A stretch of DNA of 26,812 bases from a virus. Lineage: Duplodnaviria > Caudoviricetes. Positions 17,423 to 26,566 of the stretch are shown one piece after another. Made by a program: the position numbers and the translations under genes. How positions within the stretch are numbered: the stretch's first letter is position 1; each line of letters opens with the position of its first letter. The stretch is from the IMG/VR virus record IMGVR_UViG_3300017978_000334, positions 1 to 26,812 of that record, one strand, 5' to 3'. A model generated the notes under the pieces. It saw nothing but the letters and a program-made list of their open reading frames with translations. It did no database searches and was not told the origin of the DNA.

Positions 17423-18976
17423 TTAATTGTCCGCCGTTGGTTTAATTTTTCTTAAAGCCTTAGTTAGGCTTTGTCGTTGGTCAACAGTTTCATCAAAGAC
17501 TGTCCAACGTATAATTGTGCTTTCTAAAATTGAGTGATTAATTGTAAATGCTAAAAATCCTTGTTGGTCTGACAGGTTAATATCAGTGGCTTTGCTAGAT
17601 TCATCTAGCCACACTTCTACAAACATGTTTTCTTGATAAGGCACATCTGTTAACACAAACAATGAATTACTACTAACAACGAAGTTAACAGTTCCATTAT
17701 TAGGTTCAAAGAACGGATTTCTGTTTTCATCGAGACGAATAACATCGCTTTTAATTTTAGAAATCCCGCTGAGAGAAGTGTTATTAATAAAGGAAGTCTT
17801 AAGCGTTTTACGATCGTCAGTATTGGAAAGAGTCATACGTACATTATCTTCCTGCTTGATCCATTTGTTACCGTTCCATTTAAACAATCTGTTGGGCAAG
17901 TAGTCAGTGCGTAAAAATGTGTCGCCTTTAACTGGTCCACGAGGGAATTGAATACCGAATCCAAACTGCCCGTCTGAGGTATTTGGAGGAATACCATCTT
18001 CTAATAGATAGCCTTTATAACCATCTCGGATTGGTGGTGTCGATGTATTACTAACATCAAAAGCACTGGCAACATTAATGTCAGTGTCTGCGGTTTCCAC
18101 TGCTGATCTACCTTGTTGGTCTACAGATAATGTATAAAAATGAGTAGTGTCAGATCCACTTAGTTCCGCGTCAGATTCTGCTTCAGCAATAACGCCGGCA
18201 TTGATCTGCATTTCTTTTTCATAAGTGCTGATTAAATCTCGTACAGTGTTATCGTTGTAGTTACTCCACACTTGAAGATTTGGTGGCTCTAAAGTTGTAC
18301 CTTCAGTGCCAACAGTTGGTTTAACAACATATAACGTTCCATTATACCTTACTACTTCTCCAGCATAATACGTTCTTGTTTCAGACCAATCGCCGGCAAA
18401 CAAATCTTCATCTTCTGGGCGTGTAAGAATATCTTTAAATTCTTGACTGTCAATTATAGGTTTTAATTTTAATCTATATAAGTGAGGATACCAAGTAGCA
18501 CTATATCCTTCTGCGGCTCGATTAATATCTTCTACAACATAATATCTTTTTAGAGCAGATTTAAAATCATTTAAAGCATTTTCGTCTTTTAAATTAGGTA
18601 ATTCTACCACATCACCGCTCATTATTTTTCGTCCAATAGTATCTACACTATTGTTAATGTGTACTGTTAAAAATACAGTGTCGTTCTGTAAAAATAATCC
18701 AAATTGACTAAGGTTAAAATCTGTATCTTGTACATTGTATGCACCACGCAGAGTATAAACATCTGCATCGTATTTTCTGTCGCGATTTTCTAAAAATAGC
18801 ACATCTTGAATATATGTTTCGCCCAGGGCTTTATTGGGATCGCTGGGGTCAGCAGGGCCGATATATTTGTGCAAAAAGACGTCCACACCGCCTACTTGAA
18901 ACATCTCGTAGACAGTGCGATCAATAAACTTGTAATCTGCGCCTTTTTCAGGGCGGTAAAGTGATAAGCGTGGCAT
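17423..18976 (-). CDS. gp14: T4 gp14-like neck (head completion) protein with C-terminal accessory modules
   Basis: EMFQVGGVDV, DVLFLENRDRKY, LSQFGLFLQNDTVFL and SGDVVELP parallel the gp14 motifs E..Q..GV, D..F.E...K, S.FG....D.V.L and GD....P. It lies directly upstream of the gp15-like gene (2-nt gap). Confidence 0.72.
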   Translation of the reverse strand: MPRLSLYRPEKGADYKFIDRTVYEMFQVGGVDVFLHKYIGPADPSDPNKALGETYIQDVLFLENRDRKYDADVYTLRGAYNVQDTDFNLSQFGLFLQNDTVFLTVHINNSVDTIGRKIMSGDVVELPNLKDENALNDFKSALKRYYVVEDINRAAEGYSATWYPHLYRLKLKPIIDSQEFKDILTRPEDEDLFAGDWSETRTYYAGEVVRYNGTLYVVKPTVGTEGTTLEPPNLQVWSNYNDNTVRDLISTYEKEMQINAGVIAEAESDAELSGSDTTHFYTLSVDQQGRSAVETADTDINVASAFDVSNTSTPPIRDGYKGYLLEDGIPPNTSDGQFGFGIQFPRGPVKGDTFLRTDYLPNRLFKWNGNKWIKQEDNVRMTLSNTDDRKTLKTSFINNTSLSGISKIKSDVIRLDENRNPFFEPNNGTVNFVVSSNSLFVLTDVPYQENMFVEVWLDESSKATDINLSDQQGFLAFTINHSILESTIIRWTVFDETVDQRQSLTKALRKIKPTADN

Positions 18977-18983
18977 AGTATTA

Positions 18984-18989
18984 TATTTA
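18984..18989 (-). promoter_or_regulatory. Putative late promoter TAAATA for the gp14-gp15 operon
   Basis: The minus strand reads GC-TAAATA-TAATACT-ATG, placing the motif 7 nt before the start codon. Confidence 0.65.
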
Positions 18990-18997
18990 GCGCACGA

Positions 18998-19003
18998 TAA
19001 ATA
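18998..19003 (+). promoter_or_regulatory. Putative late promoter TAAATA for the 19035 fibre gene
   Basis: GA-TAAATA-CTAG lies in the divergent intergenic gap, with SD-like AGGA at ~19022 before ATG 19035. Confidence 0.65.
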
Positions 19004-19034
19004 CTAGTTGAAGTAACTCCTAGGACGAAAAACA

Positions 19035-22000
19035 ATGGCAAAACAAACGATAAACGTTGGCTCGAACGCTAATAGTAAAGATGGGGATATCATCCGTGAT
19101 GCCTTTAATAAAACTAATCAAAATTTTGATGAAATTTATTTGGCACTTACAGACGGTGTAAATTTTGCTCAAGTAAAGGCTGACTGGACTGCTAACAGTG
19201 GAGTAGCGCAGATATTAAACAAACCCACTATCCCTACAAACACTAATCAGTTAACCAACGGTGCTGGATTTATTACATCAACTAATCAATTAGTCAACGG
19301 TGATTATACTGTTAGTCTTGGTGCAGATGGTACACTAATAGCACCTTCTGCTATCGCATTTGGCGACGGTAACCGTACTAATATTAATCAAGTGAACAAC
19401 AACTTTGTAATTGCAACTAACACTGGGCCTGGTGAATACAATTGGACATTTGACGATCTTGGTAATCTTACCCTGCCAGGTGGTGCTGTTATAGACACTA
19501 ACTATGACGGTGCTGGCGGTACAACATCCTTCTGGGGTGCTCCAGGACAATATATAGACATTCGCGGCAAGATCGCAGACAACATCTTTGGTGGCGGGAT
19601 GATTATTCACCCTGACGGAAAGGTTGACATACTTGCTCAAAACAGTGAAGCCAGTGCTAATTGGAGTTTTAATGTAAACAGTGGATTAACTTTTCCAAAC
19701 TTAACTACACAGACTACAGCGTGGACTGGAAGTGTCAGTAGTTTAGTCAACGGTAGTAAAACTGTTAGCCTTGGCTCAACTGGGACACTAACAGTACCAA
19801 GTCCAACCTCACCGGTTTTCACATTAACGTTTGCTGAATCAAACTATGTGCCAACTATTAGTAAACCCACACTTACGCTAACTGATACACCTTGGGAACT
19901 ACACGGTCAATATGCTTATACCACTGATGGCCGTGTAGCACCGCTGGCTCTCGATAATATATTTCCAGTCTTAGTTAATCCAGGATATACATCAGGCGAC
20001 TCATTTACATTTGATGAATCAATACACGGCGTTGCTGGATATACATTAACAGTAACACTAACTGATGTTGTATTACCAGGCGGAGCAGGATGGACTGCTA
20101 ATATAGAGATGAACGACCCTCCAGAATATCCATCTACAGTTAAGTCATTAGGTGCTATCAAACTCACATCTAACGATAACAGTTGGGTGTTTGGTACAGA
20201 CGGCAGTCTAACACTACCTCAAGGCGGTGACGTCTTGGACAGTGAAGGTAACTCAGTATTGAGCGGAGGTGACCTAAGAAGCAATGCCTTGGTCAACACT
20301 ACAGAAACTTTCACTCTTTCTGAAACAGGTAATGTAACATTCAGCGGCGAAACTGGCGGCATTAATCGAGGTATCGTATGGGACTACGGTGCGGCTGCTG
20401 GCGGCTCTAACAGTAGAATTAGACAAGACGAAGATGGTCTAACTGTTCGTGCTTGGACAGAAGAAAATCTAGCAGGCTTTTACTCTGCCCCGGTAAGAAT
20501 CCTTACCAATCAAGGTGACAACGAACGAATTTGGCAGTTTGACGGTTCCGGAGATCTAACACTACCACAAGGTGGCGATATCTTAGACAGCAACGGTAAC
20601 TCTGTATTAGGTGGAGAAGGACTAGGAACAATAACAGTACCAGCAGTAACAGCAGGAACTTACAAAGGTCTACAGGTCAGTTATGGCATGATCCACAGCA
20701 ACCGCGACTGGGATGAACTCAATGTTAATAAGATTGTCATACACAAGCCAGTAAATCCCACAGTAACTATAGACCCTATTGCCAACAGTGATGACTTTGA
20801 AGTTAACGGTCTAGGCGCTAGTGATGTACTGGCTATGTTTGTGGTCTATGGCGATGCTAATGGTCCCAAACCTCTAAGCGAGTTACAGGCATTTGCCGAA
20901 GCGATCATTGACAATGTCATACTGACCAACGGTGAAGCGGGCGTCTACAATACTGTAGATCAAATGAAGACAGCCTTCTACGCTAGTGGTCAACAATTAA
21001 CATCAGCAGTAGGTGGACTATACACTGATTTTGAATTCTTTACTTACAATACCTCCTTTCCTGTAACTGGTGGTGGTACATTAGTTGAAGGTAGCGGTGC
21101 TACATTTAACATAAGTGATGACGGAATAGGTACATATTCTGTTTTAGGATTTGCTTCAGCACCTGGAAACAACTATCTTCCAGGGCACAAGATTAAAATC
21201 TTAGGAACAGACCTGGGCGGGTTGACTCCTGACAACGATGCTATTATAACTATAACTTCAATCGATGGTGATGGCATTATCACTGGTGCTAGTGTAACAG
21301 GAACTGCCGCTGGAGCATCCTCAGTACTCTACGAATCAGTTACTGGTACTAACTATCAAGTAGGCACAGGGTTTTCAGTCTCTAGTTTAACCTATAACAT
21401 AGACACCGATACTGTGGGCTTAGGTGAGTGGAACGGCGGAAGCGGATATGTAACAGGTGATGTTATTGAGATTCTAGGCACTAACATTTTAGGCTCAGGA
21501 GGTACACCTTTAGTTAGTCCAGACAATGACATTACTGTAACATTAGTTACTGACGGATTTGGCATTGAAAATTTTACTGTCGCAGGCACACTACCTACCC
21601 CAGTACCAGCGTGGCCTACAAATAACATCAGTGATGGCGGAGCAGATCAATACGATACTGCCAACTACATCAATACCAACCTTGCTGAAGACATTGCCTA
21701 CAACGGTGGAGAGACTGTGGTAGATGGCACCACATCCTTTGGCACAGGCTCATCCTACAGTTTTGTTTACAGCACAGCGATATTTGGCTTATTTGTTACA
21801 GGTAACAGCGCCACATCACTTAGCACTAGTGGTGAAAGCGGAGGAGACAGCAGCAGTACCACTGAAGCAGGATTTATATACGATGCCGCTTTACCAGAAC
21901 AGACTGTTGACAATGCTGTTAATCATATTAACATTGTTGCTCCACAAAATCCTTACGCTGGCGCACTGGTTAGTTTTACTCATACTGACAACGGCAATGA

Positions 22001-23078
22001 AGTTGACATTCTAATCGCAGACGACGGTCTTGGTGCTGGTGTAGGTATTACTCGTAATAGCAATCAAGGTATATACAACCCCTACAGAGATGACGGTTGG
22101 ACTAGTTCAGTCAGTCCAAGTGGTACACTATGGAATATAGATGGTTGGGCAGATTTCGGCGACGTTGAATCAAGAACCTACACAAACTTATTAGCGGCGT
22201 TTGGCGGCGGCGGATTGGGCAACAATATTGTGGACACTGAATGTGTAATGTACTTGCCCGACAATGGCAAATACTATGCTGTCAAGTTCACGCAGTGGAC
22301 ACAGAATGCTGGTGGTGGTGGTTTTGCCTACACTCGTCAAGAAATAGATTTAGATAATATACAATACGGAATCCGTTTTGATGATGGCACAAGATTAACA
22401 TCTGCTGAAGGCATTGGGCGTGTTAAACTTCGTGCTCCGGGCAACCGCAGGATTGAAGAAGTTCACGGATACAAAAGTGTAGCAGTAACGCAGAAAGTAA
22501 TAAACCTTTATACTAGTACAGCCTACGAAAGCAACTCAGGCAATACTAATCAAATCAGAATCAATGCTGTTGGCACAGCACTTGCCGACCTTATAGCATT
22601 GAGTGGTTACTACGATATACAAGTTTCACTGGATCAAACTAACTGGGTCACAGGCTACATTTACGGAACCTCCGATAATTATGTAGAAGTTGCCTTTAAC
22701 AATCAAGCAAGACTGCCAGTAGTTGACATCAATGACACGGTCTACTATAGAACTCGCGTGGGCGGTGAGCCAGTACAATGGTGGTCTAAGAGTGAATTAC
22801 CTGGAGGCAGTACTAACTTCCGCGGTGCTGTTATAGACTATCACGCTTACACAACTTCCGGTACTGTTATTGGAACTATACACATTGTAGACGATGACGG
22901 TGAGGAACATGTCACTCACACTGAAGTAGTCAGTGGCAGCAGTGACGCAGAGTTTATCGACTTATGGTTTGTGACTAACGAAGGTTCTATCAACTTTCGT
23001 CGCACAGACGGTATAGGTTCTACACTAAGAGTACAGTGGACAGCCAAGGTGTTCTACGGTTCACAAACATACGATTAA
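19035..23078 (+). CDS. Fibre/baseplate-attached structural protein with T4 gp9/gp10-like N-terminal segment (1347 aa)
   Basis: The N-terminus MAKQTINVGSNANSKDGDIIRDAFNKTNQNFDEIY matches the gp9/gp10 N-terminal pattern (QxINxG...GDxLRxxxxKxNxNFxEL/IY). It has a DW...ILNKP linker, repeated WxFxxxGxLxLP units and GxxY/ILGTxxGG..DND beta modules. Confidence 0.75.
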   Translation: MAKQTINVGSNANSKDGDIIRDAFNKTNQNFDEIYLALTDGVNFAQVKADWTANSGVAQILNKPTIPTNTNQLTNGAGFITSTNQLVNGDYTVSLGADGTLIAPSAIAFGDGNRTNINQVNNNFVIATNTGPGEYNWTFDDLGNLTLPGGAVIDTNYDGAGGTTSFWGAPGQYIDIRGKIADNIFGGGMIIHPDGKVDILAQNSEASANWSFNVNSGLTFPNLTTQTTAWTGSVSSLVNGSKTVSLGSTGTLTVPSPTSPVFTLTFAESNYVPTISKPTLTLTDTPWELHGQYAYTTDGRVAPLALDNIFPVLVNPGYTSGDSFTFDESIHGVAGYTLTVTLTDVVLPGGAGWTANIEMNDPPEYPSTVKSLGAIKLTSNDNSWVFGTDGSLTLPQGGDVLDSEGNSVLSGGDLRSNALVNTTETFTLSETGNVTFSGETGGINRGIVWDYGAAAGGSNSRIRQDEDGLTVRAWTEENLAGFYSAPVRILTNQGDNERIWQFDGSGDLTLPQGGDILDSNGNSVLGGEGLGTITVPAVTAGTYKGLQVSYGMIHSNRDWDELNVNKIVIHKPVNPTVTIDPIANSDDFEVNGLGASDVLAMFVVYGDANGPKPLSELQAFAEAIIDNVILTNGEAGVYNTVDQMKTAFYASGQQLTSAVGGLYTDFEFFTYNTSFPVTGGGTLVEGSGATFNISDDGIGTYSVLGFASAPGNNYLPGHKIKILGTDLGGLTPDNDAIITITSIDGDGIITGASVTGTAAGASSVLYESVTGTNYQVGTGFSVSSLTYNIDTDTVGLGEWNGGSGYVTGDVIEILGTNILGSGGTPLVSPDNDITVTLVTDGFGIENFTVAGTLPTPVPAWPTNNISDGGADQYDTANYINTNLAEDIAYNGGETVVDGTTSFGTGSSYSFVYSTAIFGLFVTGNSATSLSTSGESGGDSSSTTEAGFIYDAALPEQTVDNAVNHINIVAPQNPYAGALVSFTHTDNGNEVDILIADDGLGAGVGITRNSNQGIYNPYRDDGWTSSVSPSGTLWNIDGWADFGDVESRTYTNLLAAFGGGGLGNNIVDTECVMYLPDNGKYYAVKFTQWTQNAGGGGFAYTRQEIDLDNIQYGIRFDDGTRLTSAEGIGRVKLRAPGNRRIEEVHGYKSVAVTQKVINLYTSTAYESNSGNTNQIRINAVGTALADLIALSGYYDIQVSLDQTNWVTGYIYGTSDNYVEVAFNNQARLPVVDINDTVYYRTRVGGEPVQWWSKSELPGGSTNFRGAVIDYHAYTTSGTVIGTIHIVDDDGEEHVTHTEVVSGSSDAEFIDLWFVTNEGSINFRRTDGIGSTLRVQWTAKVFYGSQTYD

Positions 23079-23093
23079 TTAGGGGCAGAATAA

Positions 23094-25049
23094 ATGACAA
23101 GAGTAAGAAAACTAAATGTAAGTCAAGTTGAAGGCAATGATGCTAACAACACTGACAGTGACGAAATTCGTCCTTTTGGTGAGATAGGGATTTACGAAAA
23201 TACTGACAATGGTGCTATCAAACCAGAACTGTTGATGTTTGATGGTAATCGTACCCACTTACGAAGCAAGGTACTAAGCAAAGGTACATTCTACGGCGGT
23301 GATGCCGACGGCGGTGATGGTACTGGTGTAGATACTATTAAACTAATACCAGATGCTGTACTACATCGAAACGGCGGCAACTACGGCAACGATCAGTATC
23401 TTATCATAGACCCCACAGGCGGTGAGCCCAACCACATTCACATCCGTGCTGGCGGTACTATAGACGGCAGTAATACTGATTTATTCTTAGGCGGTGAAAA
23501 GAACAATGTTAGAGTCAGCGACATCAACGATCGTGTGACTATTACTACAGACTTTGGTGTTGACGGTCAGACACGCACTTGGACATTTAACAACAACGGC
23601 GGTCTACAACTGCCAGGCAGTAGTAACGGTCTAATAGGCGAGGACGAACCTGGAGTAGTTATCTTCAGCGATCTCGGATTTGCTTTAGTTACCAACGCAA
23701 ACACCGACTCTAGCAAGGCTTGGATATTTGATGGTCAAGGCGGTTTAAGACTACCGGGTAGTGCTACCATAGAAAATACCCAGACTGTATTAGCCGCTGG
23801 TACTATTATTGAAGTTCCGTTAAATGCTGCCGGAGACACAGTAGACTATGTGGGCGGAGCCAGCGTATTAGAAATTCCCAAGAACACAGATACTGATCAA
23901 GTACAGGCAGGATGGATCATTACATTCGGTAATGATGTACAGAGAACTGTGACAGGTGTGCTTGATGGTGGCCTATATTGGAGTGTTCAGTATGCTGAAG
24001 CCAATCCTGGATTAGGTGCTAGTACCTATCCTCTAATCATACAAAGTGCTAACTACAACGAAGGATCCAATGGCAATATAACTATCGGCCTAAATAATCT
24101 GGAAGGTTCTTCAATGGAGTTTGTGTTTGATGCCGACGGCAATCTTTCGCTACCTAGCGGAATCACTGCATCTGGTGATGTGTTTTTATATAGTGATCTC
24201 GTATTTCCATCAGACAATGGCGGAACTATTTCTGTGGCCACGAATGAAGACCTAACTATAGAGACCAGTCGTTATCCAACTGTATCAGCAGAAGCAATCG
24301 TGGGCAGCAGTCTTGACCTTCTTGTCGTAGATATTTCTGCAAACGATGATATCACCGTAGTTAATACAAACTGGGAAATTAATGCTGGATCAGAAGTAGC
24401 ACCAGAATGGTTGCCAGTTGTATCAACTGATATTGTTCCTGGAGATATCTGTAGTATCAATGTTCCAGGTTTTGAATTTATTGCAGGTTTTACCTATACA
24501 TTTAGAAATACTACGCCCCTACAGACCGGGCCTTGGGAGTTTACATCTAACGGTACACTAGTAACACCTGGCGGGGTAATCATTGGTAGTGCGTATCAAG
24601 AAGGCAATCCTACATATAGGGATTTCAGCATTGAAATGTTAGAACCGGGTGATGCGTTTGAGCACAGTTGGGTATTTAGAAATGACGCAACAACAGAACT
24701 ACCTGGAACACTACAGTTTGGAGACGGTACTGTACAGACCACAGCCGCTAGTCCGGTTGTTCAAGGTGAATATACATTCGATTTCGATGGCATTAACACA
24801 GATGTAACCCTTACTGAAGTTGACTTTAACCTATTATATGCTAGTACCGCACTCGGATATTCAGGATCAGCCACGCACAATATTAACTTACCCGCAGGAA
24901 TGCCAGGACAGAGATTGGTCATTGTAAACGTTTCTAACTTCTGTACATTAACTATTAACAATAGTAAACAAATCACCGTTGCCAGCGGACCAGCAGAAAT
25001 TATCTATAGTGCTAATGACGGTTGGATAACATTGTATGGCACGGTGTAA
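23094..25049 (+). CDS. Fibre-like structural protein with WxFxxxGxLxLP repeats (651 aa)
   Basis: The N-terminal GEIGIY...LLMFDG resembles fibre attachment motifs. Repeats include WTFNNNGGLQLPG, WIFDGQGGLRLPG, FVFDADGNLSLPSG and WEFTSNGTLVTPGG, followed by FGDGTVQTTA. SD AGGGG lies at 23081. Confidence 0.7.
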   Translation: MTRVRKLNVSQVEGNDANNTDSDEIRPFGEIGIYENTDNGAIKPELLMFDGNRTHLRSKVLSKGTFYGGDADGGDGTGVDTIKLIPDAVLHRNGGNYGNDQYLIIDPTGGEPNHIHIRAGGTIDGSNTDLFLGGEKNNVRVSDINDRVTITTDFGVDGQTRTWTFNNNGGLQLPGSSNGLIGEDEPGVVIFSDLGFALVTNANTDSSKAWIFDGQGGLRLPGSATIENTQTVLAAGTIIEVPLNAAGDTVDYVGGASVLEIPKNTDTDQVQAGWIITFGNDVQRTVTGVLDGGLYWSVQYAEANPGLGASTYPLIIQSANYNEGSNGNITIGLNNLEGSSMEFVFDADGNLSLPSGITASGDVFLYSDLVFPSDNGGTISVATNEDLTIETSRYPTVSAEAIVGSSLDLLVVDISANDDITVVNTNWEINAGSEVAPEWLPVVSTDIVPGDICSINVPGFEFIAGFTYTFRNTTPLQTGPWEFTSNGTLVTPGGVIIGSAYQEGNPTYRDFSIEMLEPGDAFEHSWVFRNDATTELPGTLQFGDGTVQTTAASPVVQGEYTFDFDGINTDVTLTEVDFNLLYASTALGYSGSATHNINLPAGMPGQRLVIVNVSNFCTLTINNSKQITVASGPAEIIYSANDGWITLYGTV

Positions 25050-25050
25050 T

Positions 25051-25062
25051 AAACGGTAAATA
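25051..25062 (+). promoter_or_regulatory. Putative late promoter (AAACGG-TAAATA) for the gp13-like gene
   Basis: This is an identical 12-mer to 4392-4403, lying immediately after the preceding stop codon and 19 nt before ATG 25082. Confidence 0.7.
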
Positions 25063-25081
25063 TAAGATAAAGAGATAAAGC

Positions 25082-25858
25082 ATGCCAACTACAGAAATTA
25101 ACGAATTACAACAGGCAAAGACAGCAGTATATGACTACTGTCGTAACATGCTGGGCGACGGCATGATCGATGTTGAATTAGATCCTAAACATTATGAAAC
25201 AGCCTTAGAACGTGCTCTAGGGAAATACCGTCAGCGCGGAGACAGTAGTGTAGAGGAAAGTTACATGTTCTTAACTACAGTAGAAGATCAAAATACCTAC
25301 ATACTTCCTAAAGAAGTCATTGAGGTACGCAGTATATTTCGTAGAAGTATAGGTTCAAGAACTGGCGGCGGCCAGGGCGGCACAATATTTGAACCGTTCA
25401 ACTTGGCCTATACAAACACATATTTGCTGAGTTCTAGTAACATGGGCGGAATATTAACCTACGAATTATTTGCACAATATCAGGAAATGATCGGACGTAT
25501 GTTTGGCGCATTCATCGAGTTTAAGTGGCATAGCCAGAGTCACAAACTTACATTATTACAACGTCCACGTAACAGTGACGAAGAACTAATGCTCTACTGC
25601 TATAACTATCGTCCCGACATTGGTATTCTTAATGATGTCTACGCCACACAGTGGATTAAAGATTACACATTGGCCAACTGCAAACTTATGCTAGGACAGG
25701 CTCGCGAGAAGTTTGCTCAAATTGCCGGGCCACAAGGCGGCACAGCACTTAATGGATCAGCCATGAAATCTGAAGGTTCTGCCGAAATGGAAAAATTAGA
25801 AGCAGAACTAATTACTCAAGTTGCTGGCGGCCGCGGATACACCTTTATTATTGGTTAA
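25082..25858 (+). CDS. gp13: T4 gp13-like neck (head-tail adaptor) protein
   Basis: DYCRNMLGDGMIDVELD..HY..ALERAL matches the gp13 LG...I.V......I..AL pattern. WIKDYTLANCKLMLGQAREKF and GPQGGTALNG...E...E..L...IIG match the gp13 C-terminal pattern. The size of 258 aa fits. Confidence 0.8.
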   Translation: MPTTEINELQQAKTAVYDYCRNMLGDGMIDVELDPKHYETALERALGKYRQRGDSSVEESYMFLTTVEDQNTYILPKEVIEVRSIFRRSIGSRTGGGQGGTIFEPFNLAYTNTYLLSSSNMGGILTYELFAQYQEMIGRMFGAFIEFKWHSQSHKLTLLQRPRNSDEELMLYCYNYRPDIGILNDVYATQWIKDYTLANCKLMLGQAREKFAQIAGPQGGTALNGSAMKSEGSAEMEKLEAELITQVAGGRGYTFIIG

Positions 25859-25865
25859 ACACTAC

Positions 25866-25894
25866 TTGACTGTGTAATAAAACTGTTATATACT
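25866..25894 (+). promoter_or_regulatory. Sigma70-type (early/middle) promoter for the dNMP kinase
   Basis: -35 TTGACT (25866-25871), a 17-bp spacer and -10 TATACT (25889-25894), with SD GAGGAG at 25905-25910. Confidence 0.8.
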
Positions 25895-25915
25895 AGCGTT
25901 ATCTGAGGAGACGCT

Positions 25916-26566
25916 ATGATTATAGGTGTGTGCGGTTTTATTGGTTCGGGCAAAGACACTGTTGCTGACTACCTGGTCAATTTTCACGAATTTCGACGAG
26001 AAAGTTTTGCCAACACATTAAAAGATGCAGTAGCCGCAGTATTTGGCTGGGATCGCACCATGCTGGAAGGACGCACAAAAACTGCTCGTGAATGGCGTGA
26101 ACAAGTAGACCCATGGTGGGCAGAACGACTAAACATGCCCAACTTAACTCCACGGTGGGTACTGCAATATTGGGGCACAGAAGTATGTCGCCGAGGCTTT
26201 CATGATGACACTTGGATCGCTAGTTTAGAAAACAAACTGCGCAATTCCTCAGATAATATAGTGATTTCCGACTGCCGTTTCCCTAACGAAATTGCCAGTA
26301 TTCGTCGCGCCGGCGGCAAGATTGTATGGATTAAACGAGGCGAATTGCCTGAATGGTATGACGCCGCAGTAAACGTAAACCGTGGACCTGACGGGAATAT
26401 GATGTGGTCCTCTAGTAAAACTAAATTGGAAACTATGGGGATTCACGCCAGCGAAACAGCATGGGTAGGTACAAAGTTTGATGCAGAGTTAGACAACAAT
26501 GGCAGTATCGACGACCTATACTTAGAGATCAAAAATCTGGTGTCAAATCTCCCTGCCGCCACTTAA
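25916..26566 (+). CDS. Deoxynucleoside monophosphate kinase (T4 gp1/T5 dnk-like)
   Basis: It has the N-terminal P-loop IIGVCGFIGSGKDTVAD, plus SFAxxLKD, TPRWVLQYWGTEV, VISDCRFPNE and HASE, all typical of phage dNMP kinases. Confidence 0.9.
   Translation: MIIGVCGFIGSGKDTVADYLVNFHEFRRESFANTLKDAVAAVFGWDRTMLEGRTKTAREWREQVDPWWAERLNMPNLTPRWVLQYWGTEVCRRGFHDDTWIASLENKLRNSSDNIVISDCRFPNEIASIRRAGGKIVWIKRGELPEWYDAAVNVNRGPDGNMMWSSSKTKLETMGIHASETAWVGTKFDAELDNNGSIDDLYLEIKNLVSNLPAAT

Noticed and set aside
8405-26446. Short alternative-frame ORFs inside real genes (e.g. 8405-8608, 12707-13003, 16023-16268, 18739-18927, 21724-22014, 25984-26178)
   Set aside because: They are nested in or largely overlap well-supported CDSs and have no recognisable motifs.
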